DNA of 64,000 nucleotides from an uncultured bacterium (GTDB lineage Bacteria; Chlamydiota; Chlamydiia; Chlamydiales; SM23-39): NCBI GenBank assembly GCA_964630875.1, contig CAZVXF010000006.1, positions 2,641 to 66,640 of the forward strand, read 5' to 3'. Shown piece by piece: positions 57,694 to 64,000 of this stretch (position 1 is its first letter; each line of letters starts with the position of its first letter). The notes under the pieces were generated by a model. It saw only the letters and a program-made list of their open reading frames with translations, ran no database searches and was not told where the DNA came from. The position numbers and the translations under genes were made by a program.

Positions 57694-58534
57694 GCGTAAC
57701 CGTATAGGAACTCTTAAGCGCAATATACTGATTCTCTTAAAAATAGCTATATTTTCTTCTTGCTCAGGCCTTGAAAGATCTGAAAGAGAGAAGATTAGAA
57801 AGCGAAATTGCAAAGGAGAATCGATTTATCGAAATCAGAGCGACCGTTTCTTTGCAATTGAAACCCCTAAGCACACGCAAAGGGCTTTATATCCTTGGGA
57901 ATCAGAATCTAATCTTCCGCGCATTACAAAAGATTTTTTCCGTTGCAAGGGCAATCCGACTCACGATCCAATTGCTACTTTGGGAGATCCAATTCTTGAT
58001 TGCGATGGAGGCAATCGACATGGCCTTCCTATTATTCAAGGACAAGAAGGCGTGTATCCTATTCTCATTTCCCAGCTTAACTACATACAGAAAAAAACGG
58101 GAAAACGGGTCATCATCACATCAGGACACCGATGTCCCTCTCACAATACATATGTGGACCCATCTCCAGAAAACCGCACTTCAAAGCATCAAATCGGAGC
58201 TGAAGTTGATTTTTATGTACAAGGCATGGAGGATCGTCCAGAAGAAATCATTGCTCTCTTAATGCACTATTACCAAGAGACACCTGCCTATCAAAATAAA
58301 CAAGAATTTCTCATATTTACTCGGTATGACAAAAGCGATGCCAGAGTGGATATTCAGCCTTGGATGAATAAAGAAATATACATAAAGCTCAATCAGAAAA
58401 ATGAAGGGCGTAATTTAGACAATCGACATCCGCATCCCTATATTTCCATTCAAGTTCGCTTTGATACGAAAAAAAATGAAAAAGTTGTCTATGACTGGCA
58501 AAAAGCCAATAAAGGATACTCTCGGGGCTGGTGA
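57680..58534 (+). CDS. peptidase M15-like (DUF882/YcbK-type) putative lipoprotein
   Basis: ITSGHRCPSHN...SKHQIGAEVDF gives the H..D Zn ligands. The N-terminal signal has ...IAIFSSCSG. An alternative start lies at 57692. The 5' end overlaps the divergent activator gene. Confidence 0.65.
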   Translation: MFSDMRNRIGTLKRNILILLKIAIFSSCSGLERSEREKIRKRNCKGESIYRNQSDRFFAIETPKHTQRALYPWESESNLPRITKDFFRCKGNPTHDPIATLGDPILDCDGGNRHGLPIIQGQEGVYPILISQLNYIQKKTGKRVIITSGHRCPSHNTYVDPSPENRTSKHQIGAEVDFYVQGMEDRPEEIIALLMHYYQETPAYQNKQEFLIFTRYDKSDARVDIQPWMNKEIYIKLNQKNEGRNLDNRHPHPYISIQVRFDTKKNEKVVYDWQKANKGYSRGW

Positions 58535-58744
58535 TTTCTCTTTTCTAAAACAAGAAATCAGAGTATAATTTTTAGCATTATACGGAGAGTGCTTCAAGAA
58601 TCGGGAATTTTGTTAGGAGGATCCTTAGAACTTTTGTTCGCAGAAAGTGAACATTGCCGATAGGCAATGGCATGAGTGAGGACAAGAATTATGAGGTAAG
58701 CCGACGCAGCTAAAACCGATTTTTTAAACCACTTTGGTATATCC

Positions 58745-58828
58745 GCCGGTGTGGCGAAATTGGTAGACGCGATAGACTCAAAATCTTTTTCTAGCAATAG
58801 AGTGCTGGTTCGAGTCCGGTCACCGGCA
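58745..58828 (+). tRNA. tRNA-Leu (anticodon CAA), class II with long variable arm
   Basis: The acceptor stem is GCCGGTG/CACCGGC, the anticodon loop is cTCAAaa, the T-loop is TTCGAGT and the length is 84 nt. CCA is not encoded. Confidence 0.88.
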
Positions 58829-58835
58829 AAAACAA

Positions 58836-58871
58836 AGAGAAAAAGCCTCCCGGCTTTTTCTCTTTTTTTTT
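58836..58871 (+). terminator. rho-independent terminator after tRNA-Leu
   Basis: AGAGAAAAAGCC-tccc-GGCTTTTTCTCT followed by a T run. Confidence 0.75.
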
Positions 58872-59055
58872 GTCGGTGAAGAAAGCCAATTTATTGGCTT
58901 TCGTCCGGATGAGAAGTGAAAGACGTTGTTTTTCGCATCGAAAAACCGTCTGAACCGGCTTTCTGAACGAGCGGTATAATTAACAATGAATTTTTTTATA
59001 TAGCTAAAAACAGCGTTATGATGTTAAAATATATTAGATTAAATCATAATTAACT

Positions 59056-60312
59056 ATGACAATATATAAAATTTTTCTTTCTGGATCTAATATTCCGATT
59101 TCCATTGCAAGAAAGGCAACGCCATGGCCAAAATATTGGTGTGCTGTAGGTTTTTTTGCATCTCTTGCAACGAGCTTTCAGATATATAACTCTGCTTCAG
59201 CATATTGGTCTAACAAAACAGTAACAAATGGAAAAAACTCCGGAGCATCTTCTTTTGCCGCGAGAGAATACAGGGTGGATGCTTTTGGAAATCATTTTGA
59301 TCCTGGTTTTTTTGAAAGCTCTTTCTTTAGAGAAAAAATTCTTCCCCAATGTGCCCACCATTCAGCTCTCCATGCGGTAGTTGGCATCACAGTTCTTCTT
59401 TTGCAACTCATTCAAAGCTCTCACGATCAATCTATCGTCTACAAAGCGATAGAAAATTTCAAGATTACAGATCTGTATGCATATCATCCAAGCTTGAAAA
59501 CTGCGATTGATCGAAATGATGGGGGAGAACCTTCATTTTGTTCAGAGAGCAGAAATCTATATTATCAATTTGCACTTGAAATTGCTTTTGCAGTCATGGC
59601 GAGTATTCGGTTTTCTAAAGGACCAACAGCGCTTACTCAAAGTGAAAGCGACGAAGTAATAGAATGCTTGAAAGATCGTCTCTGTCTCAAATTTCATGGA
59701 ACAAATTCATTTTTCCTAGAAAGAATAAAAGCAGAGGGGATGAGCGGCAGCTCTGGCAGAGAATATCATGAAGAAATCAAAGAATTAACTAAAGATTTAG
59801 GAAAAGATCTATTTGGTTGGTACTCACACCAATCCAAAGCGGTATTTTACCAAACCAGAAACCCTGAAGAAGCGTTTCATTATGCAAAAGGATCTCCAGA
59901 ATGGTTTCAGAGTTTTTTATGTGATTGGAATGCAGAGAATAATTCTTCCAACTATTTTCGCTATGAAAAACGGGATAGCAATAAAGCGAGAGAATTATTT
60001 CATGCAAGAATCAATCAAAACCATCATTGGACAGAGGATCAACAAAAAAAAGTAGAGCGTTTTTACGAAAAGTACTGGCAAAGATTTGGGACGGCAAACC
60101 CTGCCCTTATTGTGATGCGTGCAGACCCTAAAGATTTTCGCAAGCTTTTAGCGATATATGAAATGTTCGATACTTCATCGGATAAAAAACAATCATTCAT
60201 TAAGGGTTGCTCGATGTGGTTTGCACGCTGTGATCCTCACGATACTTCAGATAAAGCCATCCCTCCTTCTGAATTACGCTACTACACTTTCCCAACGATT
60301 CAATTTAAATGA
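59056..60312 (+). CDS. hypothetical protein (island cargo)
   Basis: 418-aa ORF with one N-terminal hydrophobic segment and no recognised domain. Confidence 0.45.
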   Translation: MTIYKIFLSGSNIPISIARKATPWPKYWCAVGFFASLATSFQIYNSASAYWSNKTVTNGKNSGASSFAAREYRVDAFGNHFDPGFFESSFFREKILPQCAHHSALHAVVGITVLLLQLIQSSHDQSIVYKAIENFKITDLYAYHPSLKTAIDRNDGGEPSFCSESRNLYYQFALEIAFAVMASIRFSKGPTALTQSESDEVIECLKDRLCLKFHGTNSFFLERIKAEGMSGSSGREYHEEIKELTKDLGKDLFGWYSHQSKAVFYQTRNPEEAFHYAKGSPEWFQSFLCDWNAENNSSNYFRYEKRDSNKARELFHARINQNHHWTEDQQKKVERFYEKYWQRFGTANPALIVMRADPKDFRKLLAIYEMFDTSSDKKQSFIKGCSMWFARCDPHDTSDKAIPPSELRYYTFPTIQFK

Positions 60313-60422
60313 GTTTTTTTATAAAACAGCTTTTCTTATAACCACTCGAAATAATACGGAATTTGACTTTCCCCGAAAACTCACTTCTTTGAGGGTATTC
60401 TCAATTTTTTTTTGCCCACCTA

Positions 60423-61298
60423 TCATTTAGAGGGGGTGATGACTCCCAGTGAGTCTTTTGGATCAAGTAACAACCGTGGCTTTATAGTTTTAATCCGTTT
60501 CTTGAGCTGCTTGATCGGTTCTGCTGGTGGAATATTTTCAGGGAGGGTCCCATCGATTCTAGAAATTGCTGCTCGTACTTCTTTGCCAACTTCTGCATGA
60601 GTATCAATTGCATCTCTTTGATTCATAATCTTTTTTTTCTTTAGTTTTTCCTTCGTTTGCGTCATGCGAAAAAGGTTTGCTGCGAGTTCAGTTATGTCCA
60701 TTCGGTCCATGAGTTGTTCTTTTGGAGAGATCCCTTTCTTGATTTTGATTGCATCAACTCCCAGTCCTCCATAAAGACCCTGATATCCAGCGTCATGAAA
60801 AATGCCGAACATAGAATTTTGAACACCCGCTTCGCGAGCTGCTCCAGACAAAGCCTTGAATTCGACCTTTGCCTGTTCCCGCGTTTCTAATCGTTGCATG
60901 TCTGCGGCCATTTGATCCGAAATTTCCTGACGGCGAGTCTGAATGGTAAAATATTGCTGCGCTTGTGCAATTTCCGGTTTTCTGGGATCCCCGTTTTGGG
61001 CAATCAAATAACAGGCAGCGCGTGAAAGATGATAATCCTCAACTATTTGCAATGATCCTTTACCTCCCGGGATCGGTTTGCGGGCGTCCGCAAAGTGATG
61101 GTTTGGACTGTTTCCAGACTGTTCACAGGACTGAAGCGCTTTCTTAATAGCATTTTTGAAATCTCTCCAATTGGAATACCCAAGACAAGCCTGAAGATCT
61201 CGTGCACTCCAATATTCGACAGCATGCTGATTTAGTTTTTTAAGCGATTCGAAAGATAGATCCGATGGTACTGGAACTGGATTGTTAAACTCATCCAT
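60423..61298 (-). CDS. dinD: DinD-like (DNA-damage-inducible protein D / Bro-N related) protein
   Basis: ...HAVEYWSARDLQACLGYSNWRDFKNAIKKALQSCEQSG...HFADARKPIPGGKGSLQIVEDYHLSRAACYLIAQNGDPRKPEIAQAQQYF. Start taken at ATG 61298, preceded by GGAG. The ORF is open from TTG 61313. Confidence 0.65.
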   Translation of the reverse strand: MDEFNNPVPVPSDLSFESLKKLNQHAVEYWSARDLQACLGYSNWRDFKNAIKKALQSCEQSGNSPNHHFADARKPIPGGKGSLQIVEDYHLSRAACYLIAQNGDPRKPEIAQAQQYFTIQTRRQEISDQMAADMQRLETREQAKVEFKALSGAAREAGVQNSMFGIFHDAGYQGLYGGLGVDAIKIKKGISPKEQLMDRMDITELAANLFRMTQTKEKLKKKKIMNQRDAIDTHAEVGKEVRAAISRIDGTLPENIPPAEPIKQLKKRIKTIKPRLLLDPKDSLGVITPSK

Positions 61299-61342
61299 AG
61301 ACTTGAACTCCAAATAACTTATCGGGTGATGTTAAAGAAAAA

Positions 61343-61372
61343 ATTTTAAGCTTTCCTTTAAGTTTTTTCCAA
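61343..61372 (-). promoter_or_regulatory. candidate sigma70/66-type promoter (module copy 1) for the DinD-like gene
   Basis: On the minus strand it reads TTGGAA-18 nt-TAAAAT. The same geometry is conserved in the paralogous module at 62627-62656. Confidence 0.4.
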
Positions 61373-61394
61373 TCAAAACTTCTCGTCTGATTGC

Positions 61395-61820
61395 ATGACA
61401 CTCCGGAAAAGAGTTTATCTCACCTTGCGTGCGGCATCATTGCGATATGTAGAAGAAGATCCCAACCATATTCACAAAATTGTGAAGTTATCAAAATTGG
61501 ATCCCGATCGGACTATTCGTTCATTGAGTGAGAAGGAATTTGAAATCTACTGGAAATCTATAGAAGAAAATGAAGGGTGGACTATAGGTCGAGAACTTCT
61601 TGTTGACAAATGGTACATCACAGGTGTGCACAGGAAGCGCGGGGTCATTTATGAGTATCGTATTCAAAAGCAGGGGCAAGATGTTTGGCTATCTAAATCT
61701 GATGCCATCTCCTTAGCTACTTCGAACCAGCTACATGCGATTATCGTGCATATGAAAAGTGGATTGTGTTATTTGCGACCAGAATATCATACCACGCCAT
61801 TTTCATCTCTCATTGTGTAG
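61395..61820 (+). CDS. hypothetical protein (C-terminal half loosely DUF3892-like)
   Basis: 141-aa ORF with a weak RBS. It contains ...WYITGVHRKRGVIYEYRIQKQGQDVWLSKSDAISLA...CYLRPE.... Confidence 0.35.
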   Translation: MTLRKRVYLTLRAASLRYVEEDPNHIHKIVKLSKLDPDRTIRSLSEKEFEIYWKSIEENEGWTIGRELLVDKWYITGVHRKRGVIYEYRIQKQGQDVWLSKSDAISLATSNQLHAIIVHMKSGLCYLRPEYHTTPFSSLIV

Positions 61821-62586
61821 GCTTAAGATCGATCGGTTCCCAAGAATCAGCCATCATGAGTACTCTTCTTCGATGATGCCCTGTATGTGCGGAGAATAGT
61901 TTTCCCATTACACGAATGCCTTGGCTCCATAACTCTTGAGGAGGATCTTGCTCTGAAAATACGACTTGTATTTCTCGTACACCTTGCTCAGGTTGATTCA
62001 ATAGATCTTCTTCAGATTCCGGCAGCATTACGTTCACAGGTTCTCGTAGGGCTAGAAAAAGAGGAGTCTCTGGCCTATCACCACTTGCGATATCTGAATA
62101 GTTCGGGGGGCCTGGATAGGTTTTTTGTGCGATCGTTCCCACTAATTCTGTTGTATGAGGTTCATAAAACACAGTTTTGGGTTCTTTAGTTTGTAGCTCT
62201 ATATCTAATGCAGTATCAACCCGTAATGCCATTTCATCGAAAAAATGAAAAGGCTTCGCGCATCTACCATGAATCTCTACTCTCTTTCCCAATAACGAGT
62301 TGAATTCTTCGCATATATTAAGTTCGATAAAGGGTAAGGAGATTTGTTCCGTTAATACTGGAGAAGTTCCGACTGAAAGGGCTCGAGAAAGAACGATTGG
62401 TTGATCCGGAACCAGAACAGTTTTTCGTTCTTCCCACTTTTTTTCTGTGCCATCAGGATCTCTACTTCCGCACTGGCGAATAGCAGTTTTTAGCACACCC
62501 TTCATTACAATTTTGGGTTCCTCCTCCCATCCAAAAAGGGACGAAGTACAATAAAGTATTAAGAAAGACAACCGTAAAAAATACAT
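61810..62586 (-). CDS. secreted protein, DUF4431-like
   Basis: The signal peptide is MYFLRLSFLILYCTSSLFG. It contains ...TYPGPPNYSDIASGDRPETPLFLALREPVNV...GIRVMGKLFSAHTGHHRRRVLM. Confidence 0.45.
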   Translation of the reverse strand: MYFLRLSFLILYCTSSLFGWEEEPKIVMKGVLKTAIRQCGSRDPDGTEKKWEERKTVLVPDQPIVLSRALSVGTSPVLTEQISLPFIELNICEEFNSLLGKRVEIHGRCAKPFHFFDEMALRVDTALDIELQTKEPKTVFYEPHTTELVGTIAQKTYPGPPNYSDIASGDRPETPLFLALREPVNVMLPESEEDLLNQPEQGVREIQVVFSEQDPPQELWSQGIRVMGKLFSAHTGHHRRRVLMMADSWEPIDLKPTQ

Positions 62587-62626
62587 CGTTTAGGATTCCC
62601 TATTTTTTAATGGTATATGTGAAAAA

Positions 62627-62656
62627 ATTGTAAGTTTTTCTTTGAGTTTCTGCCAA
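62627..62656 (-). promoter_or_regulatory. candidate sigma70/66-type promoter (module copy 2) for the DUF4431-like gene
   Basis: On the minus strand it reads TTGGCA-18 nt-TACAAT, about 40 nt upstream of the start at 62586. Confidence 0.4.
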
Positions 62657-62685
62657 TCAAAAGTTCTGATTACGTCCGATTGCCT

Positions 62686-62879
62686 GCAAAAAACAAAGAG
62701 AAAAAGCCTCCCGGCTTTTTCTCTTTTTTTTTGTCGGTGAAGAAAGCCAATTTATTGGCTTTCGTCCGTACTCGAAGTGAGAGGCGATGTTTTTCGCATC
62801 GAAAAACCGCCTGAACCGGCTTTTGCCAGACGGGACGAGCGTCTCGCTCGCCCGCGCAAAAGGAGTCCGGTCACCGGCA
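62686..62879 (+). repeat. structured repeat unit: terminator copy + hairpins + displaced tRNA-Leu 3' end (copy 2)
   Basis: It contains an exact copy of the terminator hairpin (62697-62732), then GAAAGCCAAtttaTTGGCTTTC, GTTTTTCGcaTCGAAAAAC and CGAGCGtctCGCTCG, then gagtccggtcaccggca. Confidence 0.8.
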
Positions 62880-63265
62880 AAAAACAAAAGGAAAGCCTCC
62901 AGGCTTTCCTTTTTTTTTGCCGGAGAAGAAAGCCAATTTATTGGCTTTCGTAGGTGCGAGAAGTGTAATACCGAAAAGAAATCAAAAATTGGTTTTTTAG
63001 ACTGCGTCGTCTTGGCAGCATATTTTGGGTCTTCACTCGCGCCTTGTCTATCGACAATGGTCGCTCGCTCTAGACACCAAAATCTGCGCCGACTCCTTGC
63101 TAAAATTCCAATTTTTGAATTCATTTCGGTATAGGCGATGTTTTTCGCTTCGAAAAGCCGGTTGAACCGGCTTTTGCCAGACGGGACGAGCGTCTCGCTT
63201 GCCTGCGCAAAAGCGGTCCGGTCACCGGCAAAAAAAAAGAAGGCCCCAAGGGCCTTCTTTTTTTG
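62880..63265 (+). repeat. second, mostly deleted unit: distinct terminator (62890-62918), arm sequence, third tRNA 3'-end copy (63216-63230) and a third terminator (63238-63265)
   Basis: GGAAAGCCTccAGGCTTTCC+T9; ...ggcgatgtttttcgcttcgaaaagccggttgaaccggcttttgccagacgggacgagcgtctcgcttgcctgcgcaaaagcGGTCCGGTCACCGGCA; AGAAGGCCccaagGGCCTTCT+T7. Confidence 0.75.
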
Positions 63266-63303
63266 CTGGTGAAAAAATGCGACAGGCATTCTAAGTAGGG
63301 GAA

Positions 63304-63594
63304 TTACTTTCTAGAAGAACTGAAGACGTCCCAAATGAATTTGATAGCAATAATTTCCAAGGTTGCCATACTACCAAGGACTAAAGTTCCTGAGAGCCCT
63401 GATTTAAGCTTTTGTTCTGAATTTACCTCTGTACCGTCGCCATATTTTTCCGGACTTTTAAGCTGGAGCAGCTCAAAAGTAGCTTCAAAAATATGATAAA
63501 TGGCCCCTGGCAACAAAGTAAAAGGACAAACTAAAAACTCTGCAATATCTTGTCCAGGAAATCTCCCAGAATTTGCTTGTATTGGATTACTCAT
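63304..63594 (-). CDS. hypothetical small protein
   Basis: 96-aa ORF with no motif. Confidence 0.35.
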   Translation of the reverse strand: MSNPIQANSGRFPGQDIAEFLVCPFTLLPGAIYHIFEATFELLQLKSPEKYGDGTEVNSEQKLKSGLSGTLVLGSMATLEIIAIKFIWDVFSSSRK

Positions 63595-63648
63595 ATTTAC
63601 ATCCTTAAATTAAGAAGGCTAAGCTTATAACAGCCCAACCATTTTTGA

Positions 63649-63792
63649 ATCAATAGTTATGGAAAGGTGCCAGCCAGATATATTATAGACGGATATAATC
63701 TAGGCACTTGGGTTTCAGGACAAAGATACAGCTTTAAGGAAAAACGACTTCCGGCTGAAAGAATTTCCCTTTTTGAAAAAGTACCTGGATGA
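63649..63792 (+). pseudogene. fragment of a helicase-associated (HA) domain repeat
   Basis: It translates to GKVPARYIIDGYNLGTWVSGQRYSFKEKRLPAERISLFEKVPG*, which fits the HA-domain pattern (dG..LG.Wv..QR......L..eRi..L...pgF.W). There is no start codon. The stop falls where F-x-W is expected, and a W appears in the next frame. Confidence 0.4.
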
Positions 63793-64000
63793 GTTTGGAA
63801 AGGGTCTCGCTTGAAGTCCGCCTCAACTTAGATGACTTAAGATACTCGGTTGGATTATCCGACTGGCTATTTTCCACCTTGCATTTGTTTAATTTCCTTA
63901 GCGAGAAATAGAAGGATAACTACCAGATTTTTTGGCTCATATTTCATCTTCACGCTTTCATTGGTTTTTTCCCAGTCAAAAGGATCGGTTTGTCGGCGCC

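Larger units (their letters stand above)
58829..62879 (+). mobile_element. degraded integrative-element remnant at tRNA-Leu (no integrase present)
   Basis: It is bounded by the tRNA 3' end (gagtccggtcaccggca, 58812-58828) and an exact 17-nt copy at 62863-62879. A ~150-nt direct repeat occurs at 58826-58974 and 62686-62841. Confidence 0.45.

Noticed and set aside
58652-58669. Palindrome CATTGCCgataGGCAATG between the M15 peptidase gene and tRNA-Leu
   Set aside because: It is a short stem without a T-run, occurs once, and has no evident association. It could be a weak terminator or chance.
62686-63265. Possible CRISPR array, because of the tandem repeats
   Set aside because: The repeat units are ~100-190 nt long, irregular and include tRNA-end copies and terminators. 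There is no short, regularly spaced repeat/spacer pattern and no cas genes.
62657-63289. A 210-aa minus-strand ORF and a 115-aa plus-strand ORF (62787-63134) in the tRNA-distal region
   Set aside because: Both are translations of the tandem terminator/hairpin repeat units. Internally repeated peptides such as FFFAGDRT.FA.ASETLVPSGKSRF mirror the DNA repeats. Neither has an RBS or any domain.

Overview
This is an AT-rich chromosomal window from a member of the Chlamydiota, apparently an environmental, amoeba-symbiont-like lineage. The housekeeping gene order matches Chlamydia: pnp-rpsO-tadA; rpmE-prfA-prmC-ffh-rpsP-trmD-rplS...rnhB; groES-groEL (with a CIRCE-like operator) next to pepF; xseBA/tpiA-secG; yhhQ-tgt; hflX-radC. 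Several proteins carry eukaryote-like repeats (ankyrin, CC-type LRR, TPR). I count about 60 CDS and one tRNA-Leu(CAA), with no rRNA and no CRISPR array. Five accessory or unusual regions stand out. (1) At 28.9-36.2 kb there is a same-strand, translationally coupled four-gene module: two RecT-like annealing proteins with N-terminal extensions, an Rpn/PD-(D/E)xK nuclease, and a 1350-aa LRR + degenerate 3'-5' exo/PolA-like + intact RecQ helicase fusion. This is my best candidate for an undescribed recombination or nucleic-acid-defence system. (2) A 1188-aa protein combines two Toprim-like modules, TPR repeats and an intact DnaQ exonuclease. Both (1) and (2) are preceded by the same 46-48 nt palindrome. 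(3) A 165-bp MITE-like element with 16-nt terminal inverted repeats is present in two full copies and one TIR-only mini copy. (4) A tRNA-Leu integration hotspot holds three copies of the tRNA 3' end, each with its own terminator, a 3.7-kb cargo (including a DinD-like gene) and a triplicated portable promoter module. (5) There is an orphan GHKL-ATPase/HExxH protein. All domain calls come from reading the translations by eye; no searches were run.
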